From Candidatus Latescibacterota bacterium (GTDB taxonomy: Bacteria; Latescibacterota; UBA2968; UBA8231): DNA of 64,000 bases. Below, piece after piece: positions 51,678-61,352 of this stretch; the stretch's first letter is position 1; each line of letters begins with the position of its first letter. The stretch is from positions 4,960,001 through 5,024,000 of the forward strand of contig CBDETY010000003.1 in the NCBI GenBank assembly GCA_965243025.1. Reading direction: 5' to 3'. The notes below the pieces were generated by a model. The model saw nothing but the letters and a program-made list of their open reading frames with translations. It was not told the DNA's origin and did no database searches. Made by a program: the position numbers and the translations under genes.

Positions 51678-52673
51678 TCAGTGATCTCGCGGGTGACTGC
51701 CCGCGTATGTTTTCCGCAGGCCCTGCAGGACCTCTTGATCGTCAGCAGAGGGGTGGGCCGACGCAGGGGCCGCCTGTCCCAGCATTTCGGCGACGGCGCC
51801 GGCGTCGGCACCCGCCCCGAGCATGTGGTCGGCGCAGGCAGTTCGCAGTGCCCGGGGGCCGCCCCCGTTCACCGGGCTGAGCAGGCGTTCGACGATGCGC
51901 TGAACAGTCCTGCGGTGGAGTCGTTTACCCGAGGTGTTGAGAAAGAGCGCGCCCGCGTCGATATCGGCGATCTCCTTGTCGACCAGGAGGTCGGCCCGAA
52001 AAAGCAGGTAGTCCCCGACCGCGGCTGTGGCACGCGAACCGATCGGCACGAGCCTCGGCGCTTCCGGGGCCCCGACTTTCACCATCCCCGATTCGATCTC
52101 CAGAGAGGTCAGATTCAGGGCTACAAGTTCCCGGAGCCGCAGCCCTCCTCCGTAAAGGATTTCGACGATGGCGCGGTTGCGAACCGCGGCGAAGCTGTCC
52201 GCGGGGTTTTTTTCGATCGCCTCGGCCACGGCCTCCTTTCCGAGGCCGCCCCCTGCAGGTTGCGGTGAAGCATCGACTCTCAAACCGGCTGCAGGGTCGT
52301 CACCGCGAACGCCGCAACGGCGCAGGAAGCGGAACAGCGATTTCAACGCGGAGAGCTTTCGCTGTGCGGTTGCAGGTTTGAGTTTCCGCACCTGTTCGCC
52401 GAGGAACTCCGCTACCAGTTTGCGCCCGATGGAACCGAGCGATGCGTCCGCAGTGCGCGGATGAACGAAGAGGGTGAACTGGTTCAGGTCGGAGCGGTAA
52501 GCGGAAACGGTCGAATCGGGGCGCCCGCTCTTCCGAAGGTATTCGATAAAGTGGGCGACGCCGTCTTCGAGGGGCGCAGAGGGATTCGGTGGGTCTGCGA
52601 GCTGTGCTGTCGAATCGGGTGGCCGCCAGCTCTCCCCGGGATCAGGCGCGAGGCCCCGGCAGGTGCTGTTCAA
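51678..52673 (-). CDS. xerC: XerC-like tyrosine recombinase homolog with degenerate catalytic residues
   Basis: T..AY..DL.QF, AT..RKLSALKSLFRFL, RNRAIVEILYG.GLR..EL and a C-terminal Y..SHPR, directly downstream of topA with a TTGA start/stop overlap. Catalytic K, H-II, H-III and Y are missing. Confidence 0.8.
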   Translation of the reverse strand: MNSTCRGLAPDPGESWRPPDSTAQLADPPNPSAPLEDGVAHFIEYLRKSGRPDSTVSAYRSDLNQFTLFVHPRTADASLGSIGRKLVAEFLGEQVRKLKPATAQRKLSALKSLFRFLRRCGVRGDDPAAGLRVDASPQPAGGGLGKEAVAEAIEKNPADSFAAVRNRAIVEILYGGGLRLRELVALNLTSLEIESGMVKVGAPEAPRLVPIGSRATAAVGDYLLFRADLLVDKEIADIDAGALFLNTSGKRLHRRTVQRIVERLLSPVNGGGPRALRTACADHMLGAGADAGAVAEMLGQAAPASAHPSADDQEVLQGLRKTYAGSHPRDH

Positions 52674-54940
52674 GCGGCGGGAGTGTTTTCGAACCGGTTT
52701 TCGCACACGCGGCAGAGCAGCATCGGCGCTCCCTTCCGGCTGTTCTTTTCGTACAGAAGCGGCGCCTCGCAGTGAGGACAGGGGCCTTCCACCGGCTTGT
52801 CCCAACTGGCGAACCTGCAATCAGGGTACTGGTTGCAGCTGTAGAACACCTTCCCCTTCCGGGATTGCTTTTCCACCAGTTCACCGCTACAGTCCTGTTC
52901 CGGGCAGGAAATCCCGAGCGAGTAAGGTTTGACGTTTCGACAATCGGGGTATCCGCTGCAGGCGAGAAAGCGTCCGTACAGTCCCGTCTTGACGACCATC
53001 GGGGAGCTGCAGATCTCGCACTTTTCGTCGGTCCGCGCCTGCTCACGATCCTGTTCGAGAGGCTTGGTGTTCTTGCATTGCGGGTAACCCGGGCATGCGA
53101 GAAAACGGCCGTTCCTGCCCCATTTGACCACCATGTTGCGATGGCAGTCCTCGCAGACTATGTCGGTCTCTTCCTGGAGCGACCGCTTGAGCTCGCGTCG
53201 GCGCGAGTTCGCGTCCTTCAGGGAGTCGCTCCAGGATCCGTAGAACTGGCGCACCGTCTCCACCCAGTTTTCCTTGCCGTCCTCGATGCGGTCGAGCTCG
53301 TCTTCCATTCTGGCGGTGAAGCGGACGTCGAAGATGTTGGGAAAGGTCTCGATAAGGAGCTTGTTGACCGTTTGTCCGCGCTCGGTGCCCACGAAGTAGC
53401 GATCCTGCTTTTCCACGTATTCCCGGTCCTGCAGGGTACTGATGATCTGCGCGTAGGTGCTGGGCCTGCCGATACCTTTCGCCTCGAGCTCTTTTACGAG
53501 GGAGGCCTCTGAGTACCTCGGGGGGGGCTTGGTGAAATGCTGTTCCGGCTTCAGGGTCTGGGGGTCAAGAGGTTGTCCCGCGGCGAGATCGGGGGGCAGC
53601 TGGGTCCTCTCCCCTTCACCATCGTCTTCTTTGCTTTCGGTGTACAGCACCGAGAACCCGGGGAATTTCGTCCGCGACCCGGTGGTTCGCAGCAGGTATT
53701 CGGAAGCGGAAATGTCGACACTGGTAATATCGAGAACCTGGGATCCCATCTGCGACGCGACGAAGCGTTTCCAGATGAGTTCGTAGAGCTTGGCCTGGTC
53801 CGGGTTCAACCTGTTTTTCATTTCACCGGGAAGCAGCTCCAGGTACGTAGGTCGGATCGCCTCGTGAGCGTCCTGTGCTCCACGCCGGGTCTTGTAGGCA
53901 TTTGGTTTGGGGGGAAGGTAACTTTCTCCGTACGTCTTGCCGATATGTTCGCGGACCTCGGCGATGGCGTCGTCCGAGACTCGCACCGAATCGGTCCGCA
54001 TGTAGGTGATCAAACCACGAGTCTCCCCCTGCACCTCGATTCCTTCGTAGAGCTGTTGTGCCACGGCCATCGTGCGTTTGACGGTAAAGCGCAGTCGCCG
54101 CGCGGCGTCTTGCTGCAAGGTGCTGGTGATGAAAGGGGGTGAGGGGTGCCGCCGTTGTTCTTTCCGCTTTACCTGCTTGACCACGAAATCCGCCTTGCGC
54201 AAGTCGGCAACGATGGCTTCTGCCTGCTCCTGGTTCGATATGGCGAGTTTCTCGTTTCGGTGCTGCAGCAACCGCGCGGTAAATGCAGGGTATTCGCTGT
54301 CTCCATCCGGGCCGCCGGAAGCTGTGAGGGACTCCATTCTCTGTTTGAGCAGGGCATCGATCGTCCAGTATTCCTGCGGCTCGAAAGCGTCGATTTCAGC
54401 ATCTCGCTCGCAGATCAATCGCAGAGCAACCGACTGCACCCGCCCGGCCGACAGGCCCGCGTGTATGACCTTCCACAACAAGGGACTGATTTCGTATCCC
54501 ACCAGGCGGTCCAGAACGCGGCGCGCCTGCTGTGCGTTGACTTTTCTGAGGTCGAGTTTACCCGACTTGGCGATGGATTCGCGAACCGCCTTGGGAGTGA
54601 TTTCGTTGAACAGAATACGTTTGACCTGGCGGTCTTCCTTGTTGCCGATTGCATGGGCGACGTGCCAGGCTATAGCCTCACCTTCGCGGTCGGGATCGGT
54701 TGCGAGGTAGATCTCGTCCGCTTTCCGGGCCTCCTTGCGCAGGTCGGCGAGGATCTTTCCCTTTCCCCGGATGGTGACGTACCGTGGATTGAAATCGTTG
54801 TCGACGTCGACGCCCAATTCCTTTGGGGGCAGGTCGCGCACATGTCCCATGCAGGACTTGACCAGATAGTCCTTGCCGAGAATCTTGTTGATCGTGGTGG
54901 CTTTTGCCGGTGATTCAACTACAACGAGGGACTTTGCCAT
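52670..54940 (-). CDS. topA: DNA topoisomerase I
   Basis: Motifs VVESPAKA, ATDPDREGE, SAGRVQS, GLITYMRTDS, QDAHEAIRPT, GIGRPSTY and C-terminal Zn ribbons. Confidence 0.98.
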   Translation of the reverse strand: MAKSLVVVESPAKATTINKILGKDYLVKSCMGHVRDLPPKELGVDVDNDFNPRYVTIRGKGKILADLRKEARKADEIYLATDPDREGEAIAWHVAHAIGNKEDRQVKRILFNEITPKAVRESIAKSGKLDLRKVNAQQARRVLDRLVGYEISPLLWKVIHAGLSAGRVQSVALRLICERDAEIDAFEPQEYWTIDALLKQRMESLTASGGPDGDSEYPAFTARLLQHRNEKLAISNQEQAEAIVADLRKADFVVKQVKRKEQRRHPSPPFITSTLQQDAARRLRFTVKRTMAVAQQLYEGIEVQGETRGLITYMRTDSVRVSDDAIAEVREHIGKTYGESYLPPKPNAYKTRRGAQDAHEAIRPTYLELLPGEMKNRLNPDQAKLYELIWKRFVASQMGSQVLDITSVDISASEYLLRTTGSRTKFPGFSVLYTESKEDDGEGERTQLPPDLAAGQPLDPQTLKPEQHFTKPPPRYSEASLVKELEAKGIGRPSTYAQIISTLQDREYVEKQDRYFVGTERGQTVNKLLIETFPNIFDVRFTARMEDELDRIEDGKENWVETVRQFYGSWSDSLKDANSRRRELKRSLQEETDIVCEDCHRNMVVKWGRNGRFLACPGYPQCKNTKPLEQDREQARTDEKCEICSSPMVVKTGLYGRFLACSGYPDCRNVKPYSLGISCPEQDCSGELVEKQSRKGKVFYSCNQYPDCRFASWDKPVEGPCPHCEAPLLYEKNSRKGAPMLLCRVCENRFENTPAA

Positions 54941-55042
54941 TACTTTGTGCCGCGGTTTTCGATCAGCATCAAGCCGTTCATGTGTATAACCCGAGTATGC
55001 AGTCCGACACTTCTATGTTTCCGATGACGCCACATTTTTCCC

Positions 55043-55071
55043 AATATATAGAGCGCCTCTGAGCATAGCAA
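55043..55071 (-). promoter_or_regulatory. Putative sigma-70 promoter of topA-xerC
   Basis: Minus strand reads TTGCTA, 17-nt spacer, TATATT, ~100 nt upstream of the topA ATG. Confidence 0.45.
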
Positions 55072-55205
55072 ACTCCGGCGGGCCAGGTGCGAATTTGCTG
55101 TCCATGCTCCATCCCGTGATTGCATTCCCGAAATAAAAAAAAGACAAATGGATAAACATTTGGATTTGCAGGCTCGCGGACAATCGGCCGGCTCTCACCG
55201 TTGAC

Positions 55206-55976
55206 ATGGTCGCGATAAGAACTCCGGAGGAGATCGAGAAGATCCGCTCCAGTTGCCGTATTGTGTTTCTGGTTCAGCAGGCGTTGGTGGCAGCAGCGCG
55301 GCCTGGTGTTTCGACCCTCGAGCTGGACCGACTGGCCGAGGAAACCATTCGGAATAGCGGCGCCAGCCCCGCATTCAAGGGATATCACGGCTTTCCCTCC
55401 AGCATATGTGCTTCCGTTAACGACGAAGCAGTGCACGGACTCCCGAGATCCGGAGGGCTGCGCTCGGGAGATATCCTCAGTGTCGATGTCGGCGTCGAGC
55501 TGGACGGGTATTTCGGGGACGGCGCCTTTACCCTCGGGGTGGGTACGATTACGGGTGACCAACAGCATCTCCTCGACACTACCCGAACCGCTCTCGAGGA
55601 GGGTATCAGCAAGGCCCGGGCGTGCGGACGGTTATCGGATATTTCTCATGCCATCCAGTCCCGGGCGGAGGCCAACGGTATGTCCGTAGTCCGTGAATTC
55701 GGAGGCCACGGAATCGGGCGGGCATTGCACGAAGCACCCCATATTCCAAACTTCGGCTCCCCCGGACGAGGGCCGAAGCTGAAACCCGGTCTGGTCGTTG
55801 CCATAGAACCGATCCTCAGTATGGGGAAACCTGACGTAGTCGTTGCCGAGGACGGCTGGACGACTTCGACCCGCGATGGCGCAACTGTCGCCCATTTCGA
55901 GCATACCGTTGCAATCACCGAAGATGGCCCCGATGTGCTGACTCTGTCGGTGGCGGATTTGGGGGAAGCGCGGTGA
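55206..55976 (+). CDS. map: Methionine aminopeptidase type I
   Basis: Motifs C.SVN...VHG.P, DVG...GYFGD, GHGIG..LHE.P, AIEP and AHFEHT. Confidence 0.96.
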   Translation: MVAIRTPEEIEKIRSSCRIVFLVQQALVAAARPGVSTLELDRLAEETIRNSGASPAFKGYHGFPSSICASVNDEAVHGLPRSGGLRSGDILSVDVGVELDGYFGDGAFTLGVGTITGDQQHLLDTTRTALEEGISKARACGRLSDISHAIQSRAEANGMSVVREFGGHGIGRALHEAPHIPNFGSPGRGPKLKPGLVVAIEPILSMGKPDVVVAEDGWTTSTRDGATVAHFEHTVAITEDGPDVLTLSVADLGEAR

Positions 55977-56731
55977 AAATAACAATGTTGGGGACCGGCA
56001 CCTCGGTCGGTGTTCCCCGCATCGGATGCGACTGCCCGGTTTGCCTGTCTGAAAATCCCCGCAACAAGCGGCTTCGCTGTTCCATACTGATCGAGTTCGG
56101 GGACCGGGTCGTTCTTGTCGACACCACACCTGACCTGCGCACCCAGGCGCTCCGTTACGAAGTCCGCCGCCTCGATGCTGTCCTGTTCACGCATGGCCAC
56201 GCCGACCACCTGCACGGACTCGACGATCTGCGTTGCTACTGCTTCGACCGGGACGAACCGCTGCCCTGCTTTGCCGATCACAACACACTGGAACGCATCA
56301 ATCGGGTTTTCGATTACGCTTTCGATTCACCGTATCCGCAGTCGCTTCCGCGGCTGGACCTGCACGTGATCAACGGTACGATCACGCTGTTCGGCCTGCA
56401 GATCCAGCCCATTACCGTGTATCACGGAAGATTGCCGGTCTTGGCGTTCCGCATCGGGCAGTTCGCCTACGTGACGGACTGCAACCGGATTCCATCGGAA
56501 TCCATGGGCCAGCTGCGCGATCTCGACGTGCTTGTGCTCGATGCTTTGCGGCACACTGAACACCCGACCCACTTCAACATCGAAGAGGCGCTCGATGTCG
56601 TCGATGACCTGAGGCCTAAACGGACCTTCTTCACCCACATCGCCCACGACTTGGACCACGAAGCGACAAATGCGTCCCTTCCCGGGAATGTGGAGTTGGC
56701 GTACGACGGACTCGTCCTCGATGTGAACTGA
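55973..56731 (+). CDS. MBL-fold metallohydrolase (PhnP/YycJ-like)
   Basis: Motifs LGTGTS.GVP.IGC.C.VC, THGHADHLHGLDD, HPTH and THIAH. Confidence 0.92.
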   Translation: MKITMLGTGTSVGVPRIGCDCPVCLSENPRNKRLRCSILIEFGDRVVLVDTTPDLRTQALRYEVRRLDAVLFTHGHADHLHGLDDLRCYCFDRDEPLPCFADHNTLERINRVFDYAFDSPYPQSLPRLDLHVINGTITLFGLQIQPITVYHGRLPVLAFRIGQFAYVTDCNRIPSESMGQLRDLDVLVLDALRHTEHPTHFNIEEALDVVDDLRPKRTFFTHIAHDLDHEATNASLPGNVELAYDGLVLDVN

Positions 56732-56744
56732 CACCCGGATCGAC

Positions 56745-56789
56745 AAAGAAAAGGGGCGTGATCCAGTCGGATCACGCCCCCTTTTGTTT
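56745..56789. terminator. Bidirectional intrinsic terminator
   Basis: 12-bp stem GGGGCGTGATCC-AGTC-GGATCACGCCCC with A-rich 5' and T-rich 3' flanks, between convergent genes. Confidence 0.85.
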
Positions 56790-56826
56790 ACGGGACCGCG
56801 TTATCAGGATGCGGCCCATTCTCCCT

Positions 56827-59217
56827 TCAACACTTCGACCAGCCGCAGTGCCTGCAGTTGAGACAGTTGCTTTCGTGCACGACAGTCGAGCCGCACTCCG
56901 GGCAGGTGACGCTGGACCGGGGCCCTGCAGTTTCGGTACCGGAGCCCGGGAAATCCGCACGAGGTTCCGCTTCCCGTTGCAGGTAGCGCTCCAGAGCCCG
57001 GCCGATGGCGTCGGGGGCCGACAGGATCAGTTCGCCGTCTTCCCAGACAGGGGTGGGTCCGGAAATTCCCTTAAGGGACTTCACGATTTCCTGCGGGTCG
57101 ATGCCGGAGCGCAGCGCCAGCGAGATCAGTCGGCTTATAGCCTCCGACTGCGCGGCGGCGTTGCCTCCCGCCTTGCCGATGGTGCTGAACACCTCGCACA
57201 GCCCCTGGTCGTCCTCGTTGATGGTGACGTAGATGTTGCCCTCTCCGGTGCGGATGCGTTCGGTCACACCCTGGGTGACCGCCGGCCGTCGCCGCGGATG
57301 GTAGCCGCGCTCGCTGCGCCCGGAGGCAACCGGGGTTTCGGCTTCAGGAGGATCCTCCTTCTGCGGGGTATCCTCCTCCTCCTGACTGTCTTCGGTCTGC
57401 AGGATCCCCTGGCGGCTTCCCTCCCTGTAGACCGTCACACCCTTGAGGCCCTCCCGGTAGGCGGTGATGTAGATGTCGGCCACCGTTTCCGCACTCGTCT
57501 CCTCGGGCAGATTGATCGTCGAAGAAATGCTGCTGTCGGTGTATTTCTGGATAACCCCCTGCATCTTTACCCGGAAATACGGATCGATTTCGTGGGAACT
57601 GATGACGTAGTCCGGCAGGTTCTCGTCGTCGCCGAAGAGGCGCTGAATCAGCGGGTGATACACTTTGTACTCGCGAAAGGACTCGCCGTCCGCCTGTTTG
57701 ACGCGCCGCTTGTAGCTGGTGCAGAAAATCGGCTCGATGCCGGAAGTCGTCTGGGCGACGATCGATCCCGTGCCGACCGGAGGAACCGTGATGAGGGTGG
57801 CGTTGCGCAAGCCGTGTTCTCTTGCACGCTCCTGAATGGTCTTCGGCAGACTCTGAATGAACTTGCTTTGCGAAATGCCGTCCCAGTCGAACAGCTTGAA
57901 GGGTCCTTTTTCGCTCGCCAGGTCGATGGAAGTCTCGTAGGAGCAGTAACAGATCGTCTGCATCACTTTCTCGACCGTCTCGAGTGCCTCGTCCGAGTCG
58001 TACCTGAGCTTCATCAGTGTCAGCGCGTCCGCCAGGCCCGTGATCCCCAGCCCGACGCGACGGTCTGAGGCCACCGCGTCCCTGATCTTGGGAAGGGCGT
58101 GGTTGTCCATGTTGTAATCGATGACGTCGTCGAGAAAACGGGTCGCCACCCGGGTGCTCTCGGCCAGATCCTCGTAATCGAACGTACCGTCTTCGCTGAC
58201 AAACTTTACCAGGTTGAGGTTGCCGAGGTTGCACGCAGTGTACGAAGCCAGGGGTTGTTCGCCGCAGGGGTTGGTGCTGGTCAGCGGATTGGCATACTCG
58301 ACGTTGTGGTACTCCTTCATGGTGTCCCAGAAGATGATTCCCGGTTCGGCGCTGGCATGGGCATTGGCGATGATGGTGTTCCACAGGTCCCGCGCGCGCA
58401 CGGTGCGGTACACCTTTCCCCCCCACCTGAGGCCGAAGTCCGTGTCCCCGAGGACGGCCTCCATGAACTCGTGCGTAATCAGAACGCTGATGTTGGCGTA
58501 CTGCACTTTGGTGCGAGTTGCGTCGTTCTTGATCGTAATGAAGTCCTCGATGTCGGGATGATCGACCCTCAGAGTCAGCATCAGCGCACCCCGCCTGCCT
58601 GCCTGGGACACCGCGTTGGTGCTTTCGCTCAACAGGTTCATGAAAGCGGTGCACCCGGGAGACTGGTCGACGGTGGCGTTGACCGGTGCGCCCTTGGGCC
58701 GGAGCGACGACAGGTCGGTACCCACTCCACCGCCGGTTCGGTACACCATCGCCGACTCGCTCAGGCAGCGGTAAATACCTTCGAGGCTGTCCTGTTCGAT
58801 GGGAACGACGTAGCAGTTGGAAAGCGTGGGCTTGCGACGGGCCTCGTCACGGCCTGCCCCGTGCATTACCCGGCCGCCGGGGATGAATTTGAAGTCGAGA
58901 AGAAGGGTGAAGAAGCGGTTGTACCAATGTGCCTCCTCCTCTTCGACGGAGGCCATTGCCCGGGCGATGCGGTCCCACATTTGCAGGGGGCCGCTTTCCC
59001 CCGGAGCCAGGTACTTGCTGCGCAGAACATCGATCGCCAGATCGTTGTCGGCATAGTAGGTCTCTGCGTCGGCAGCTGTTTTCAGAATGTCGTCGTGGCC
59101 GTTGCGCCTGTAGCCGCGATCTTCCACCTGAGCCAGTAAGTCCTCGAGGCGATGGCCATTCTCCGCCGCGGTATCGTCAGTTCCGGAGGCCCCTGATTCG
59201 TAGATATTGGACGACAT
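56827..59217 (-). CDS. nrdJ: Class II (adenosylcobalamin-dependent) ribonucleotide reductase with a C-terminal TSCPD-like domain and Zn ribbon
   Basis: Motifs PGGR, LSNC, GGGVG, RRGALM, EPGI.F.D, TNPCGEQ, CNLG, PVGT, SSISST.N, KGVTVYR and the CPECG...C..CGWSKC tail. Start placed at ATG 59217. Confidence 0.93.
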   Translation of the reverse strand: MSSNIYESGASGTDDTAAENGHRLEDLLAQVEDRGYRRNGHDDILKTAADAETYYADNDLAIDVLRSKYLAPGESGPLQMWDRIARAMASVEEEEAHWYNRFFTLLLDFKFIPGGRVMHGAGRDEARRKPTLSNCYVVPIEQDSLEGIYRCLSESAMVYRTGGGVGTDLSSLRPKGAPVNATVDQSPGCTAFMNLLSESTNAVSQAGRRGALMLTLRVDHPDIEDFITIKNDATRTKVQYANISVLITHEFMEAVLGDTDFGLRWGGKVYRTVRARDLWNTIIANAHASAEPGIIFWDTMKEYHNVEYANPLTSTNPCGEQPLASYTACNLGNLNLVKFVSEDGTFDYEDLAESTRVATRFLDDVIDYNMDNHALPKIRDAVASDRRVGLGITGLADALTLMKLRYDSDEALETVEKVMQTICYCSYETSIDLASEKGPFKLFDWDGISQSKFIQSLPKTIQERAREHGLRNATLITVPPVGTGSIVAQTTSGIEPIFCTSYKRRVKQADGESFREYKVYHPLIQRLFGDDENLPDYVISSHEIDPYFRVKMQGVIQKYTDSSISSTINLPEETSAETVADIYITAYREGLKGVTVYREGSRQGILQTEDSQEEEDTPQKEDPPEAETPVASGRSERGYHPRRRPAVTQGVTERIRTGEGNIYVTINEDDQGLCEVFSTIGKAGGNAAAQSEAISRLISLALRSGIDPQEIVKSLKGISGPTPVWEDGELILSAPDAIGRALERYLQREAEPRADFPGSGTETAGPRSSVTCPECGSTVVHESNCLNCRHCGWSKC

Positions 59218-59357
59218 TTCTCCCTCTCTAGTGCGCGTCGCGCGCAGAAAATACGGGCTCCGCCTCTTGGTCAAGGACCGAGAGAGCACAGCCCCAAAAT
59301 CAGTATATACAGTAGGTTATGCGGGGAGGAGACACGAGGAAATCAGTTCCGCTGGAA

Positions 59358-59404
59358 CCACATTATCTCCTGCTGTCTACCAGACGGAACACAAGATATT
59401 GTGG
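59358..59404. promoter_or_regulatory. Tandem NrdR boxes
   Basis: ACACAAGATATTGTGG (59389-59404) fits the acaCwAtATaTwGtg consensus. A weaker box CCACATTATCTCCTGC lies 31 bp away (59358-59373). Confidence 0.7.
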
Positions 59405-59414
59405 AAACGCTTCG

Positions 59415-59444
59415 AATATACAGCCCTTGATTCTGGCGTGTCAA
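59415..59444 (-). promoter_or_regulatory. Sigma-70 promoter of nrdJ
   Basis: Minus strand reads TTGACA, 18-nt spacer, TATATT, immediately upstream of the NrdR box. Confidence 0.6.
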
Positions 59445-59609
59445 GGAATTTCAAGGGACTGGGGATCGAGCTTCCGAGGGGTTCGAGGAGGCTCGGAAAA
59501 CGCCGGATTCAACCGGGGTGATGCCTGACGGGGCCGCTGTTCTGTTTTCACGGGCAGGGCAGGCGTCGTTGCGGCCCCGCCGCGTACCGGCCGGAGGGAT
59601 GCCGCCTTC

Positions 59610-60065
59610 TCAGGGGGCCGGTGAGAGCTGCTCCAACTCGCGGACGAAATCGCTCCTGTCCCTGAATTGCCGATAGACCGACGCAAACCGGACATAAGCC
59701 ACCTCGTTCAACCTGCGCAACGCCTCCATGACCAACTCACCAACCTGAATGCTTGGAACCTCTTTCTCGGCAAGGTTTCCCAACTCGCTTTCGACCTGGT
59801 CGACGAGCTCTTCGATCTGATCGCTGGAGACAGGTGTCTTGTAGCAGGCGAGTTGGATTTTTCCGAGGAGTTTGCCACGGTCGAACGGTTCCCGACTGCC
59901 GTCGCGTTTGATGATGGTCAGCGGTGCGTGTTCGATGTATTCGTAGGTCGTGAACCGCTGATTGCAGTTGACGCATTCCCGGCGTCTGCGGATGGCCTGG
60001 CCATCCCGGCACGACCTCGAGTCAACCACGCGGTCGTCCTGATGATCGCAAAACGGGCAACGCAT
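59610..60065 (-). CDS. nrdR: Transcriptional repressor NrdR
   Basis: MRCPFC, V.DSR, IRRRREC..C..RFTTYE, ATP cone and VAYVRFASVYR. Confidence 0.97.
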   Translation of the reverse strand: MRCPFCDHQDDRVVDSRSCRDGQAIRRRRECVNCNQRFTTYEYIEHAPLTIIKRDGSREPFDRGKLLGKIQLACYKTPVSSDQIEELVDQVESELGNLAEKEVPSIQVGELVMEALRRLNEVAYVRFASVYRQFRDRSDFVRELEQLSPAP

Positions 60066-60249
60066 GTGCAACCTCCCGAACACCTCGTTGGGGTGCGCGA
60101 GGTGTCGTCATTCGGGGATGTGTGTCCCTACTGGCGGGGAGATGCTTGGAGGGATCCCGGTGGTTTCGAAAATCGATGCATCGAGAGCACCTCCGAGATA
60201 AAAATACTAAATGGCAGCAGTGGTCGCGTGGTCAGGTGCTGCCAAAGGC

Positions 60250-60936
60250 TCAATTGAGGCGGAATTTGAACGGGAGACTGACCCAGACCTTGACTGGTTT
60301 GTCGTTCTGGAGGGCAGGTGTAAACTCAGTCTTCATGGCGGCCGCCTTGGCGGCTTCGTGAAAGATTTCGTTGCCGACTACCTGCCCGATCGCCTCGACC
60401 TTTCCGTCTTTACCGATCAGGACGGTAACTGTTACCGAGCCCTCGATACCGGCCTTTCGGGCGATCACGGGATATTCGGGTTCGACCTGCTTCTTGCGCT
60501 TCGGTTTTTTCTCGACCTTCCAAAGGTCGACGATCTCCTCTTCCTCTTCTTCAACCTCTATGGTGGGAAGCTCCTCGAACTCGGGCGGGGGTGGCAAGTC
60601 GTCGAAAAGGTCGAGTTCGGTGGTTTCGATAGTAACGTCGTCAGGAATGTCTTCGCTGTCGGTGGGAATCGGGACGACCGGTCGTGGCGGGGGTGGCGGA
60701 CGCCGCTCCTGGCGGGTTTCCGGAATCTGCTCCAGTTCGATAATGACCGGCGCTTGCGGTTTTTCGTAGGCTTCGACTTCGAAGGACGGAAAGACGATGA
60801 ACAGCAGCGCGTGAGCTGCAGCCGAGGCCGCAACCGAGAGCCAGAAGGCCTTGGGATAGGTCTGCCGGAGATCGGCCTCCGGGGCTTTTCGACGCGGCAT
60901 TTTCCAGGGCCGCTGGGGGATGCCGGGGCTGGTCAT
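60250..60936 (-). CDS. tonB: TonB family energy transducer
   Basis: TM anchor with His, Pro-rich linker, PEYP..ARKAGIEG.V and F.PA.Q...PV.V. ATG at 60936. Confidence 0.88.
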   Translation of the reverse strand: MTSPGIPQRPWKMPRRKAPEADLRQTYPKAFWLSVAASAAAHALLFIVFPSFEVEAYEKPQAPVIIELEQIPETRQERRPPPPPRPVVPIPTDSEDIPDDVTIETTELDLFDDLPPPPEFEELPTIEVEEEEEEIVDLWKVEKKPKRKKQVEPEYPVIARKAGIEGSVTVTVLIGKDGKVEAIGQVVGNEIFHEAAKAAAMKTEFTPALQNDKPVKVWVSLPFKFRLN

Positions 60937-61352
60937 GGTTGCGGCTTCCTCTCCCGGTCGGTGGCGAAGTTGACGCGCAGCGCTTCGACCCTGCGCAGCT
61001 CCTGAAGGACATCCGAAATGACACCGAACTCGGCCTCGCCGTCTCCTTTGATGGAAATGATAAGCCGGGGATTCGCCATCAATTTGGAGTGGACGAGCTG
61101 CCCCACATGTTCGAGCAGAACCGTTTGGTCGTCGATATTGACTGAACCCGTCTTGCTTACCCAAACACTTGTTACGTGCCTTCGCATCTCGAGTTTTTCG
61201 ACACTTTGAGCATCAGGCAGTTCGACCGGGATGCCGCGGTAGCGGACGAACACCGTCGAAACCATGAAGAAGACCAGCAACAGAAAAGAGATGTCCGCCA
61301 TGGAAGCAGTCGGGATCACGCTTGCGACCTTGGCTTTGCGGTTGAACTTCAC
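60933..61352 (-). CDS. exbD: ExbD/TolR family protein
   Basis: IPTASMADISFLLLVFFMV and IKGD. Confidence 0.9.
   Translation of the reverse strand: MKFNRKAKVASVIPTASMADISFLLLVFFMVSTVFVRYRGIPVELPDAQSVEKLEMRRHVTSVWVSKTGSVNIDDQTVLLEHVGQLVHSKLMANPRLIISIKGDGEAEFGVISDVLQELRRVEALRVNFATDRERKPQP

Noticed and set aside
51678-52673. Tyrosine recombinase as a mobile-element integrase
   Set aside because: The topA coupling and XerC-type C-terminal HPR tail indicate the chromosomal xerC locus, and the catalytic residues are missing.
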